Assembly (NCBI GenBank): GCA_039621445.1
Contig: CP154954.1
Location: forward strand, 13,200,716 to 13,264,715
Source: Euglena gracilis
Lineage: Eukaryota
Length of the DNA stretch: 64,000 nt
Reading direction: 5' to 3'
The notes under the pieces are model-generated. The model ran no database searches and was not told where the DNA came from. It was given only the letters and a program-made list of their open reading frames with translations. This document shows, piece after piece, positions 35,430 through 47,710 of this stretch. The stretch's first letter is position 1. The number at the start of each line of letters is the position of its first letter. Position numbers and translations under genes: made by a program.

Positions 35430-36223
35430 CCGAAAGGCAATGGTAGAGCCGAGGCAGCCGTGAAATCCGTTGTCAATATGCTTCGCCTTTCACTGGCTGA
35501 CTCGGGAAAGAATTGGTTATCCGTTCTTCATTGGTGTTTATTTTACATCAATACGTTGCCAGGCTTGGTATTAGCACACTCACCGTACAAAATTGTTTTC
35601 GGACGAGACCCTCCGGCCATAGAGGATATCCCCTCGGAGAGACCCGCCCGAAGTAGTGTCAGCTGTAAAACGTGGTTTGCAGAAGTGGAATCACTCCGCC
35701 CTGCAGTCCAATCACGTGTCACAGAAATTCATTCCAACAAACGTAAATCGTTTTTACAAAACTTCAACACACCCGTGTATAGTCCATATAGGTGACCGCG
35801 TGTGGGTACGGAATAACCGCACCCACATGCAATCTTCCAAGCTAGATCCTCTTTGGCTCGGCCCATGCGAATTTTTGGAGAGATTAGGTAGTATCGGGCG
35901 ATATAAAGTTGCCTTGCCCAACGGGATTGAGGACGTCCATATGGACGACTTCAAACCGTACCTAAGCCCCCCAGACGGAAAGGCTATCACCTGCCTATAT
36001 TTCAAGCCCCGTTCCAGATTACCTGAAACGGACGACTTTGTGGTCGATAAGATAATAGAGCACAAGGTCGACAGGGGTGTGCACTACTGGAAAGTTCGCT
36101 GGAAATGGTATGGGCCAGAGAGGACACTTGGGAGCCAGCATCCAGTTTTGTTGGACATATCCAGCAGTATTGGAAGCTGTGGAACAAGCGCAATAACATA
36201 GACATAAACATAAACACTTTCTG
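35430..36223 (+). pseudogene. Integrase C-terminal half plus chromodomain (frameshifted)
   Basis: NGRAEAAVK, SPYKIVFGR, WLGP and WKVRWK motifs. Confidence 0.88.
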
Positions 36224-36415
36224 AAACTATTTCGTTTCGGAGAATGTGTGTGTTTTATGTGAATGTTTCGCGTTTATACCCACCCCTGCACTCATCTTCT
36301 GTCTTTCTCACAGAGTTTTTGATTAAGAGAGAAGCCTTCTTTTTTCAGTGCACCAGCACTCAAAGCTACTGACAACAAGGTTTCCCTTCGCTGCAGTCGT
36401 CGTTCGGGTAGCATC

Positions 36416-39400
36416 ATGCTGCCTGGGCGCGGACCTGGACCAGGTCCACCATGGCCGCAGCCTCCTGGCGCGCCATACCTCCAGTACCCTCAGTATGCTG
36501 AGGCCCCGATTCCGGGTGCCCCACATGCTGAGAGGGTTTCAGCCCCGGTATTCGCCGCGGCTACCAGCAGCCGGTCCGCATATGCGGCACCAGATCCATC
36601 TGCCGTCCAGCAGCCGGCACCCCAGCCACCAGTGCAGCGCAGATTGCGCCTGCCCCCGTATGCGGGGGAGATGATCTTCCGCACTACGGAGACTTTGGAG
36701 CGGGCGATGTGTATGTGCGCACACCCCCCAACGGATCCCTTTATGCAAGCCCTTTGGGATGCATATTGTCCTCAGTTGTTGGTGGTAACCAACACGCCTG
36801 TGGCTCAGTGGTGTCCCTGTGGTCAAGCCCTGATGACGGGGAGACGGTATTTCTCGTGGGCATCCGATTCCGGATTCAAGCCTGGCGAAACAATGATGGA
36901 CCTTGGCGTGTATGTGCCGCCCATGCTGCAAACGCAGAGGACGGTGGGATCCCACACCGTGCATATGCGTGAGCATACGCCCCCACCGGTAGGTGAGGCT
37001 GTGCATGTCCCACCTGGGATGACGAGAATTTTTGCTCGCCCGCCCTCGCCGCAGCGAATGCCGCCGCGCGAGCAGCCAGCGGAGCAATTTGTCTCGCAGT
37101 ACGCGACGCACGCGGATTACCCGCGCGGCGCACGCGTGTTCCCAGCCGGACAGTCGGACGTGCCCCCCGAGGCATACGTCCAACACATGTTCGTGCACTG
37201 GATGCCACAGGCATCACCGGTCGCCCCTGCCCCTGGCGTTGAGCCACGGCGGCAGGTGGAGTCCATAGTGGTGGAGGATGAACCTCCCCACAGTGTGGCA
37301 GCCTGACCGCCCAGTGCACCTCCTGTCCAGACCGGGGATATCCCCGTCGGCAGGAGGCTCCCTACTACCACATGGCACCTCCGGGAACCGAGCAGGATGA
37401 GCTTGCTCGGCACTTCCTGCAGGAGCCAGTATTCGCGTCTGAAGAGCACCGGACGAGGTATTACGCCTCTCTGGCTGCCCTTCAGGGATACACCCCCTAC
37501 CATCCGTACCAGCCGCAGCTGCGGGTGGCAACCCCGGTTTTACCCGGTGAGCCCCCGGCAGGTGTGGCAGTATTACCTGCCACCCTGAAGCGTGACAGGG
37601 CTACGGAGAACCTTACCACACAGCCCAGGCGACCCAGCCCACGGGACGCGGAAGGCGGTGTGGCGATGCAGGTGGAAGCCAGCCAGGATACCCCGACTGG
37701 ACGACCACCGGCAGAGGCACAGGTGGCGATGAGCCGTCCTGTTGCCGCAATGCCACCGCCGATCCCTCCGGTATGGAAGGAGCCGCGACCCCCTGCGTCG
37801 AAGCCAAGCCCACGCCAGGCTCCTAGCCAACGCCCAGCCACGCCATCACCGCGACGTGCAGCGGATCGGCAAGATCCCTCCCCAGAGATGGAATGGGAAG
37901 GAACCGAACCGACTGCGGCACCGAGCGCCTGACCCTCTGGTATTCGCCAGATGGGGAAGGACACTGGCAAGGCTGAGGGCAAAGGCAAAGGAGAAGGCAA
38001 AGGCGTGGCCGGCAAAGGTAAGGGTGAGGGCAAAGGTGAGGGTAAAGGTAAGGGTACAGGACGTGAGGAGGAAGAAGAACCAGCGAAAGTCCTCTCGGAC
38101 TTTGAGCAAATGCTCAGGTTCAAGGAGGAGCTGGAGGACGAAGGCTGGCGAATGCAGCATGATTACCATGTTGCAGGAAACCGCCCCGTCACCCCTCCAC
38201 AAGCTGTCATCGATGTGGTATTACACCACACCGAGAACAGAGTCAGACAATTCCATTACGGAATTGATCTGTACGCCTTCGAAGGTGAAGGTGGCAGACC
38301 CTTGCTGGATGCCCAGCCAGGTTTGTGGGAGCTCTGGTTTTGGCTGGGATACCCCTGCCAGAACTGGGGTCTCTTCAGCGATTCCACTGGTCGCAGTTAC
38401 CTGCACCAGTTAGGATTCCGGGACCAGTATGTGTTGGCCCGGAGGCTGAAGGCCTACTTCGAATGTATTCATTCGGTAGGACCCCTCAGAGTCCAGTGGA
38501 AATACTACCCCCTGAACCCCGACATCGAACGCCTGATCGAGGTGTTGTGGTGCAACAACCTCCAGGTTTGGCTGGTGAGCCATTACGGCTCCACCTTCCG
38601 CGTTAAGCGTGTTTCCCTGGCTTACCCACAGAGGTATGACCTCTGTTGTAAGTACTGCGGGCAGGAATTTACTGTCGACTTCTGGGGATTCGGCGTCCGC
38701 GGAAGTCCTCCACCGCCTCGGGATAACCCGGGCCTGGAGATGGGACGCCGCATGCTTATGCATGTGTGCCGCGACGCCCCGGATCTCCAGGGAAAAAGTC
38801 ACCACCGTCCACAAGCAGCGTGTTTTTATGCTGCACCAGTTCTGGTGGCGAGCCTGGACCACCTACGTCATGGAGGTGTATGTACATCTCCGTGACCACC
38901 AGGACGACAGGCCTGGTATGGAAAGCTTGCCAATGGACTACGGCGATCCCATTGAGGGTCCTCGTCGTCGTCGGGTCATCGCCGACCTGCGCCGCAACTG
39001 GCACCTGGCTGATATCAGCCTGGAAGAACACTTGCGGCGACAGTTCGGCGGTACCCTCGACCGGGAGGTATTCCTCCAGTTGATGACGCACCCGAAGGCC
39101 ATCCTCGACCTGCGTATGCCGATTCTGGCATGCGTTCAGGAGTTAAAGGAGGGCTTTTTTGAGGTCTGGGAGGATACGCGTCACCTCGGATTCCTGGGCC
39201 CGAACAGGCCTGCCAACGCCTGGGTGCAGCCATCATGGCCGCCACCCTGGCCCAACAGCGCCAGCAGCAGTACGCTGGCCTTTTACAGGCTGGCGGATAC
39301 TCAGGGATGCCGATGGCACCCCGACGATCCTCGTTCGTCCGAGGATCTGCGTGCCTTCATCGCCCCGGAGGATGAACCTCTGGCGCGAAGGAGACGTGAG

Positions 39401-39586
39401 GCGTCAGTCGCTTCCACCACCGCGATTCCGCGGCGGGAGGAACGCGAACGCAGCCCCTCCGTCACCATTCTGGAGGCAGCGCCGCCGTCTCCGACAGGAA
39501 CGGCTGTATCCGTCGTCTCTGCCCCGCGAGCGGCAGGGGAACGATCAGTTTCCCCGGCCCCCGCGGCGGCTCCTGTCTGTCCACCG
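36416..39586 (+). pseudogene. Unknown ORF3, 5' part; interrupted by element M and resuming at 52721
   Basis: Fragments 36416, 37372, 37951 and 38609; sequence continues ccaccg|gtgggtggggacgagg across the insertion. Confidence 0.85.
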
Positions 39587-39588
39587 TT

Positions 39589-40293
39589 TGTACGGGATAA
39601 CCCCCTTCGCTGCCTCGCCTGTTCCAGGTCCGTGGGGTTTCCCTGTCCCTGCGTGGGATCGATTACCCTGCCCAGTTGAATTTCAATTCCCCGCGCGGCC
39701 TTTGTTAAAAATTGTTTCATTTTCTTGGGTTAAAAAGACCTTTTTCCTTTTTGGGGTTGGTGTGGGGTGGGTCCTTGGGGGGGTCACAAATCGGGCATAA
39801 AACACCTGTAGGTATTGCTCAAAGCAGCGAAATGCTTTCAAATTGGTGGTCGTGGTCAGTGAAGGTCTTCGGTGCCGGCGAACTGGCGCTTCTTAGGCAC
39901 ACCAGCAGCAACAACTCCTGCTTCAGACTTCACTTCAGATCACAGGACCAATGCTTGAACAGATAATCAACTTCCACTTCCAATGAAATCTTGACAAACT
40001 TGAATTGGCTTGAAACTTGAACCAAATAGGCCAATGGCAAATAGATAATCAGATTGAGCAAGGACAGAGTAGTTACAGAGCCCTGTGGAACAGGTTGTAA
40101 AATCGTGGTTAAAATCTGGTCAGAGGTTAAAATTCAGTTAGGAGGGGATTATCCTAATTGTTTCATCATTGAAACTGTAGGCCCCTGGTTGGGTCAAGTC
40201 CCCTGGTTAGTTCTGTGGGCGCCTGGGTTAGCTTTTAAGGTTAGCGCCTGAGGTTAGCTAACTTACCCGGGCACTCAGCACCCCTGACTCACA
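39589..40293 (-). repeat. 3' LTR of element M
   Basis: tgtacgggataacccc...ccctgactcaca; roughly 15 differences from the 5' LTR by eye. Confidence 0.95.
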
Positions 40294-42219
40294 CTCCCCT
40301 TCCCAAGGAGTTGTTTACAACTCTTTTCGACTCACTTAGGAAGGGGTGCGGAGTGAGTTTGTTGTAAGGGGGCTGGCCGTTTATGTTTTTGGTCACAGGC
40401 TGGTCAAACATTCCCTCGGGGGGGGGGGCCTGGTTTTTTTTTTCAGGTGGCTGTCCCCCCCAGGTCCCTTGTCGTGTGGGGGGGGGCAGGCGCCAGGCGC
40501 CGACCACAGCCCCCCCCCCTTTTTTTAAAACAAAAAGGGGGCAGCTCCCGTTCGGGGGTTCCGCCTCCACCTGCCAAGCGGTCAGTCGCCGGCCAGGGGC
40601 AAATTTTTACAAAATTCAAGCGAAGGCTGAGTCAGAGTCTTTCGGTTAAAATCAGGCTGGGGCAGGGCCCGGTCCGGTCCGGTGGCTGGTTTCCCCACGT
40701 TTGGTTTCCGGGGGGGGGGGCAGGCATCCAGCACCGCCCACAAACAAAACTTATTTGTCTGCTTTTATTTTGTGGGGGGGCAGTTGGCTGGGCCCCAGTT
40801 TTTTTTTTCAGCCTCGGTGGCGCACCCCTCCCAGGTCCAGGTCCTGAACGGGGGGGGGGGCACGCAAACGCTGCCTACCTCAGCCAAAAAGTCGTTTTGA
40901 ATTCTTTTTTACACTCCCTGGGGTGTATCCTGGCACCCCGGATCTGTCAGGCGTGGGGGGGGGGGGGCAGCAGGATCCTTAATGCCCCTCTTCCGCTCCA
41001 CCCCCTCTCTTTCGTCAAACGTTTTGTGTAGTTGAAAAATGCACAAATTAAGCGGAGGGCTGGGTTTCAGTTGAGCCCTCTACGCTCTGGGTCAGACCAG
41101 GCCTGGCCAACCCAGGTTCTGGTTTCTTTTTCTTTTTTCTTTCTTTGCAGGTCCGGGGCTGCCCCCCCCCTCTAGTCCCTTCGTAGCCTCAGGGGGGGCG
41201 GCAGGTGTCAAGCGCTGCCCACGGTCTGTTTTGGGGGGGGGGGGCAGTTGGCTGGGCCCCCCATCTTTTCCTTTCTTGTCTCTTTTTTTTCTTTTCTTTT
41301 TGCTTTTTTTGTTTTTTGTGTGCGGTGGCTGGACCCCCCCCTCCCAGGTCTCATGTCGGGGGGGGGACGGCAGGCGCCAAGCGCCGCTGCCCCCCCCCCT
41401 TTTTTTAGTAACAAATCTCTGCCCCAACCTTAGGCTGCCCGTGGGGGGGAACCCAGGTCCTCTCTGAGGGAGGGGGGCCCCCTAGGTTCAGTGGGGGGGG
41501 GGCCCCCCCGGGTTCGGCGTGGGGGGGGGGGGGCGCTCCAGGTTCAGTGTGGGACAGCTTCCCTTCCCACTGCGGTTGAAGAAACGGTCTGAGAGCTCTG
41601 GACAGGTAAAGGGGGGCTGCGAGGGGGCAGCCCGCTCCAATATTGGGGTGTGGGGGTAAGGGAGCCTCCAGGGGGGAGCTAGCCCCAGAGGTCCCGGAGG
41701 TACCAGGGGGTGGGGCGTCGCGGTGGCGAGTCGTCGTCGGAGGAGGACGGGGAGGTTGGCGACGCCAGGGGGGACGGGCTCCGGTCCGGGGTCCCGATGT
41801 AGAGGGGGGGGCTGAGGGAGCGGGGGCTGCGGGGGCTGCTGCATACGGAGCGCCCGCGCTCCCTCCGGGGGGGTTGTGTGGGTGTTGGGGTGGGCTGGGT
41901 TGGCGTCGGGGTGGGTATGCGTGAGGTTGGGGGTGGGCTGCTTGCTGGCTGGGTAGGGGTGGGTGTGGGTGCTCTCCAGCAGCTGGCGGGGAGGAGTACG
42001 GCCTCGAGGGCCTTGCGTAGGGGTGGGGGTAGTATGGTGGGGATGATGAAGTCGGGGGTTGGGGGTGGCTGGTATGGGGGAGGGGGTGGGCGTCGAAGGG
42101 GTTGAGGTCGAAAGTAGGGGTGGTGATGTTGGGGTTGTTGGTGTAGGTGTTGGCGTTGTGGACGTCGATGTCGGGACATCTGTGAGGGAATGTGGGGATG
42201 ATGAAGACAAGGAACCTTG

Positions 42220-43560
42220 TCACTTCATCAATTCCAACAATTCCTTGACGTCCAAATCCACCCCGTTCTCCACACAACAGGCAACCACGTCCTTGTTGAT
42301 TCTAAAGAAAAAATTCCCCAGTGGTTCCCATTTGTCCGCTTCTGGCCCAAATCCTTTCCACCGCACCAAAAATTCTGTCTTTCCGTTTTCATGTCGGTGG
42401 TTGAGCACCCTTTCCACCTCCCTCTCGTCGGGTCCAACCTCCAGTTCTTGTGCTTTCCCACACCAAAAATACAAAGGCACGGGGGTGGTCGAGTAAAGGT
42501 CTTCCACGTGTGGTTTCAGTTGGGAACGGTGGGCTGGTTGTCGCTTCCCCGGCTGAAGCTCCACCACATAGGAGTGGTCTCCCACTCTTTCCGAAACCAC
42601 CACTGGCCCTTTCCACCTGGGTTCCAACTTGTCGGTTCCAGGCTGTCGTTCAGGTTGGTACCAAACCTTGGAACCAATTTGAAGGGCTGGGGGTTCACGT
42701 CGTTTCTGGTTCACAGCCTCTTTCCGAGCCTCCAGTTTTTCATTGAGCGTTTGGGCCACCCTCCTGTCTTGTTCCTTCATTCGCTTGAGGAATTCGGTTG
42801 CACCCTCAGCCTCCCGCTGTGGTTTGTGCGGAATCCCACACAAGGGTCGGTGTCGCCCAAAAACAATTTCATAAGGGGACAATCTAACCTCACCCGGCAC
42901 GTCGTGAATGGCTCTCAGGGCCCGTGGGAGGAGTTCCACCCACGGGACACCGTTTTCTGCAGCCAGTTTTGCAAGTTTCCGCATTACCTGCTGCCCGGCT
43001 ACCTCTGCCCTTCCGTTCGCCTGATGGCGGTAAGCCTGTCCATAGGCAACCCTTACACCGTGTGCTGCGCACAGAGTTTTCCACCAGGCTGCTATGAACT
43101 GTGGAACCCTGTCGGAACTCACCACCGAGGGGATTCCGAACAGATCCCACTGTAGAAACATTTCCTTGGCCACCTTTTCAGCTGTGAGACCCTTGTTAAG
43201 ATGGGGGGTAGCAACCATCCACCCACTCAATCGGTCCACACAAAGTGCCAAAGTGTCGTATCGTTTCCCTTCAAAAGTGGTTTACGGTAGTGCAAAGAGG
43301 TCGACCGCCACGCTGTCCATCAGGTGGGGCGGGACCGGTGTTGGTTGTATTGGACACTTGAAGGGTTGATGGTTTGGTTCAGTGACCTGACACGTTTCAC
43401 ACATCCCCATCGTTTTGCTGGTCAGTTTTTTTGCGTGTTTTTTTTGCGAAAAGAAACCACCGACCCATCTGCTCCCACAGCCGTTCAGCCCCTGGGTGTC
43501 CCGCCGCTTCGTGGTGTTCCCTGATGACCCTCCCCATGACACCCCTTGGTACACACAAGA
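42220..43560 (-). pseudogene. pol: Integrase (HHCC, D-D-E, GPY/F) plus chromodomain of element M, split by two frameshifts near 43440 and 43280
   Basis: HHEAAGHPG...CETCQ; VAVDLF; SSDRVPQF; QANGRAE; WKGP; EVERVLNHR...FLVRWKGFGPEADKWEP. Confidence 0.93.
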
Positions 43561-46500
43561 GTCCGTGTTTGAAGAGCATTCCGTTTTCAAATCGGAAGCC
43601 CTCAGGCCATTCTTTGAACCCCGAATCCTCCAACCCCTTGAGCACAGGGCCCCACTTGGGGCACCCGCTGTACCCGCTCCTCCAGTCCTCGTCCATCACC
43701 GACCGCGACCCTGTCGGTGGAAGCTCCGGGGCGTGCACTCCCCTTGATGGAGGTCCCACAGGCAGGCTCGTCGAAGATGAGGGACGCTGCGCGTCCTCGA
43801 GTCCGTTCTCCCCTGGACTTGCTGTTTTTGGAGGGTCCACAGGGTCCTCTTCCAAGGTTCTTCGCCTAGGGGGGTCTTCCTCTGTGGCTGTCCTCTTGGC
43901 CATTTCTTTTTCTGGGCTTCCCTTTTCTTGTGTGCCTTCGGTGTCCCTGTCCTTGGGTTTTGAAGTTTTTGAAGTTTTTTCTGGGGGGGTCTCCTTCCCT
44001 GGTGTGACTTTACTCGTTGTGGCCGAATCCTCACCAGTCTTGGCCCCTCCCCTTGTTCTGACGGCCACAACGAGGGGTGGGTCTCCCAATTTTTTCTGTG
44101 CCCGTAGCAATTCCTTCATTGAAACCACTGAGCAGCCCCTTTCCTCCTTCCTTTCCTGTTCGATTATTTCTTGCATGAGGCGGTCATCCTCCTCACTGCC
44201 GTGCACACTGACGTCGGCAAACGCCTGTGAGGCGGGATAGGCCCACCTGCTCAAGGCGTCAGCCACCACGTTGTCCTTCCCAGGTACGTAGGCTACCGTG
44301 ATGTCAAATTTTGAAAGGAGTTCGTGCCATCTGGCCCTCCGTCCCGACAACCCTGTGGCTGTGTCCAGGTTTTCTGTGGCCCAGCACTCGATTGCCTTGT
44401 GATCGGTCAGGACCAGCACCGGTTGCATACCGAACCATGAGGCCCATTTCTGAAGGGCCAGGATCACCGCGTATGTCTCCTTGTCCCGTGGTGTCCAAGT
44501 CCTGACCTGTCCCGGTGCCAATTTCCGTGAACAAAATGCCACTGGGGCAGTTTTCTTGGTCTGTGCCGTTGTGGTGTCCAGTTTCCCCAATCCATTCTCC
44601 ACAAACTGCTCCAAGGCAGCCCCCACAGCCCTGCCACTGGCATCCACTCGGAGGATGAATGGCTTGTCGGGGTTGACTGTTTGCAGTTTGAGGCTGCCCA
44701 ACAGTTTGTCCTTGATGGCCTGGAACGCCTTGCGTTCCTTCTCCCCGAAAAACACAGGCATCTGGCTCCCCTTTTTTCCCAGTCCCTTTTTCACCTTGAG
44801 TTTTCCCATCAGGTCCGCTGCCAGCTCCGCGTATCCTGGGATGTAGGATGAGTAGTAGTTGGTGAATCCCAGGAATGCGCGGAGGGCTGTGATGGTTTGC
44901 GGGTCTTCCCACTTTTCCAGGGCCATCAGTTTTCCTGGGGCTGGTCTCCGTTGTCCTCCCCCCAAGAGGTGTCCGCAGAATTCCACTTCATGCACAAAAA
45001 ACTTACATTTTTTTATGTCGGCTACGAGCAGCTGTTTCTTGAGTGCCTCCATGACTCTGCGGATGTCCTTGTCGTGCTGGAGGATTGTTGCCTCTTCCGT
45101 TCCCTGCCAAACTGTTCCTACGATGATGTCATCTACGTAGGGGTTGGCAATGTCTGCGACCTCCTCCAGGCTGTATTCAATGACCCTCTGGAAAATTGGG
45201 ACTCCGTTTTTCATCCCCATCACCACTACTTTCCACTGCTTCGTTCCTCTTGGTGTACTACAGCAGGTGTAGGGTCGGGATTCCTTTCTCATGCGTACCT
45301 GATGGAAAGCATCCTTTAGGTCCAACACACTGTACATTGCTCGTTGACCCTGTTGGACCAAGATGTCTTCGATGCGGGGGAGGGGGTTTGCGTCTGTCAC
45401 CGTGGCCTCGTTCAGGGCCCTGAAATACACCACCCCCCTCCACTTTCCCCCTTTCTTGGCCACCACTAACGTGGGGCTGGACCAGTCACTTCTCCCATCC
45501 TCCACCTTTTCATCCCTGACCCACTCGTCGACCATGTCCAGGAGTGCCTGTCGGCGTTCTCCGGTCATGTGGATGGGTCTTTGTTTTTTTGCCACCGTCC
45601 CAGGTTTGAGTTCTATTTTCCCGAAACCCAGTGGACCCCGTTCAGGGGGGTTTGGGTAGATCTTGTCCCTCAACACCACTCCCTCGTAGTCTTTACGCAG
45701 CTTTGCGACCAAATCTGTCACCCTGTCTCCCTCCACAGCCTGCCCTTCAGGTACGGCTATCACCCCCTGGACCCCCTGTGGGGCTTTGCGTTTTCTGGTT
45801 ACCAGATGCTGGGCCAGATTTTCCAAAACTGTTTCGTCTTCAAACAAAAATTCTTCCGTTTCACCTGCTTCTGCAGGCGCCTGCAGGTTCATGGCCCGCA
45901 CCTTGCTGACTTTCTTCAAAATTTTTCTGTCACCCTGTTCCCGTTCTCTTACTCCTTTCCAACTTGTCAGCAGGAGCAATGGTTCCCCTATCAGGGCCAG
46001 TGAATGTAGGTGTGGAAAAACCCCTAAGTGGTGTTGCTCCATCCAGGGATACCCCAAAATGGCATCCACCTGGATTGCCGCGTCGTGGAAGGTCCCCGTG
46101 GTTGTCCATTCCCTTGTGTTGTCTTGGTTGAAAATCTGGGCCGTGAATTTCAGTGTTAGTGTCGTTTCATGCAACCCTCCCCCCATCCGTGTGCCGTCGG
46201 CAGTGACGAGGGCCAAGGGGTGGTTTGACACCGTGAAGGCTCCTGGGGGTAGGAGGTCTTTTCTGATCAGGTTGGTTTGGGCCCCTGTGTCCACGAGGGC
46301 CTTCAGGTCCACCGTTTCACCATTCGGGCAGACCGCACGAATGCCAATCAGAAGTTGCTTGGACTTCCCCCGTTTCACCACCTGTCCCAACAGTCGTTCC
46401 GATGCTGGCCCAAGCAACCGTTTTGGCAGGTAAACGTTTTCATGGTGCCTCCGTGGGATTTTTGGCTGTGCCGCAGGCTCTTGTGTGTTTTGTTCATCTT

Positions 46501-46585
46501 TCCAACCAGCCAAATCTTGGATCAGTTTCTCTGGAATTCGATACTTTTTGTTTCTGGAAATACTCGTCGTGTTTGAGATTTTCAC
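43397..46585 (-). CDS. pol: Pol polyprotein segment: end of C5-MTase, aspartic protease, reverse transcriptase, RNase H
   Basis: ALVDTGA and DAILGYPW (PR); FRALN, LDLKDAFHQV, YVDDI (RT); VDASG, TDHKAI, NVVADALSR (RNase H). Confidence 0.95.
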   Translation of the reverse strand: MKISNTTSISRNKKYRIPEKLIQDLAGWKDEQNTQEPAAQPKIPRRHHENVYLPKRLLGPASERLLGQVVKRGKSKQLLIGIRAVCPNGETVDLKALVDTGAQTNLIRKDLLPPGAFTVSNHPLALVTADGTRMGGGLHETTLTLKFTAQIFNQDNTREWTTTGTFHDAAIQVDAILGYPWMEQHHLGVFPHLHSLALIGEPLLLLTSWKGVREREQGDRKILKKVSKVRAMNLQAPAEAGETEEFLFEDETVLENLAQHLVTRKRKAPQGVQGVIAVPEGQAVEGDRVTDLVAKLRKDYEGVVLRDKIYPNPPERGPLGFGKIELKPGTVAKKQRPIHMTGERRQALLDMVDEWVRDEKVEDGRSDWSSPTLVVAKKGGKWRGVVYFRALNEATVTDANPLPRIEDILVQQGQRAMYSVLDLKDAFHQVRMRKESRPYTCCSTPRGTKQWKVVVMGMKNGVPIFQRVIEYSLEEVADIANPYVDDIIVGTVWQGTEEATILQHDKDIRRVMEALKKQLLVADIKKCKFFVHEVEFCGHLLGGGQRRPAPGKLMALEKWEDPQTITALRAFLGFTNYYSSYIPGYAELAADLMGKLKVKKGLGKKGSQMPVFFGEKERKAFQAIKDKLLGSLKLQTVNPDKPFILRVDASGRAVGAALEQFVENGLGKLDTTTAQTKKTAPVAFCSRKLAPGQVRTWTPRDKETYAVILALQKWASWFGMQPVLVLTDHKAIECWATENLDTATGLSGRRARWHELLSKFDITVAYVPGKDNVVADALSRWAYPASQAFADVSVHGSEEDDRLMQEIIEQERKEERGCSVVSMKELLRAQKKLGDPPLVVAVRTRGGAKTGEDSATTSKVTPGKETPPEKTSKTSKPKDRDTEGTQEKGSPEKEMAKRTATEEDPPRRRTLEEDPVDPPKTASPGENGLEDAQRPSSSTSLPVGPPSRGVHAPELPPTGSRSVMDEDWRSGYSGCPKWGPVLKGLEDSGFKEWPEGFRFENGMLFKHGLLCVPRGVMGRVIREHHEAAGHPGAERLWEQMGRWFLFAKKTRKKTDQQNDGDV

Positions 46586-47092
46586 CCGGTGACCCTTCTA
46601 TCCTGGCATCAGGTTGGGACATGTTCTCCCATCACACAGCTTTCCCTGTATTTGCAGGATATCTGGGCTGCCCCAGATTCGTGTTGGCTTTTTGTGCCCC
46701 CAGTCGGAGTATTGACAATAATCCACATCAACAAATGGATATGGTTTCATGTACTCCCTGTGTCTGAGGTACCCGTGTCTGGGATTTTCCCGCCACCATT
46801 TCTGCGGTCGCAGGAATTTCACGATCTCCAGTGACTTTTTGGCCAATGCGTCCCCCTTCTCCAGTTGTCTTGGTCTGGTTATGAGTGCCAGGCTGAATTC
46901 CGTACAGGGAACTCCACAGTCCACCGTGTGGAATTCCCCAGGTTTCAAAACTTTCTTGTAGTCCCACGTCAAGACATCCACCTGAAAATATGCCTGCCAC
47001 TTGGGGTCCAGGTCCACTGTCACCACCTGAAACCCCATTTTTTTGTATGCTTGGCCCACCGACTTGGTACCACAGAAAAGGTCCAGCATTTT
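46510..47092 (-). pseudogene. C5-cytosine DNA methyltransferase domain in the pol frame (one TAG at 46598)
   Basis: Motif I MLDLFCG; VTVDLD; DVLTWDY; motif IV PC (GVPCTEFS); motif VI ENP; YCQY..KPTRIW; terminal KYRIPEKLI located past the stop. Confidence 0.88.
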
Positions 47093-47284
47093 CCGTTTCG
47101 GTTCTGCTGCACGGTCCAAAACGTTTTTTCACGGCAGGTCTGCTTTCCCCAGTGGCTGGTGTTCATCACCCCCCTCCTCTGTCTCCAAAGGTGGAACATG
47201 TTGCACCGTCCCGAAGTTGACCTTGGACGTTGAGTGTGGGGGGGTCATGTGCTGGTGGAAGCCCGTCAGGTAATCACAGCGTTC

Positions 47285-47710
47285 CGTGTGTCCACACACC
47301 AGCAGCACCTCCACTGGCCACTGTGTTTCCCTGCAACCCTTGTCGATCCTGCCAAAAAAATTGGTTTTTGCGGGAAAAGTCATGGACATGAGGGTCAGTT
47401 TTCTGGCCTGTGGGTACCAACCTCGGTGTTTCCACTGAGGCACCACCAAAACTGCGTGGGCCTGGTCTGTCTGAATTTTTTTGATCACCTGTGGGATTTT
47501 GTCGAACGGGGGGTTGATCCACAGGAGGCTGCCCTGCCAATTTTTTTGGAAGGCATCTGTGCCGTGTGGGCTGCCTGGTCCCCACCAACGCGGGAACCGC
47601 TTGTCCTGTTATGTGGCGAAGGCATCCACCTGTGGTTGCAAACCGACATGTGAGATGATCTTTTTCACAAAACTGTCCTGCACATAGTACTGGTTGGTGA
47701 TCCAACGGGA
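47285..47710 (-). pseudogene. Dam-like N6-adenine DNA methyltransferase domain (DIRS/phage type) in the pol frame (one TAA at 47609)
   Basis: Manual read-through translation: QPQVDAFAT*QDKRFPRWWGPGSPHGTDAFQKNWQGSLLWINPPFDKIPQVIKKIQTDQAHAVLVVPQWKHRGWYP; NPPF at 47504-47515. Confidence 0.88.

Noticed and set aside
41405-42277. Pro-rich 290-aa ORF and overlapping ORFs
   Set aside because: Low-complexity G/C-run sequence is open in several frames, and no motif is recognisable.
46510-47710. Bacterial restriction-modification operon or contamination
   Set aside because: No endonuclease is present, and the MTases are in frame with pol inside an LTR/PBS/PPT/TSD-bounded element.
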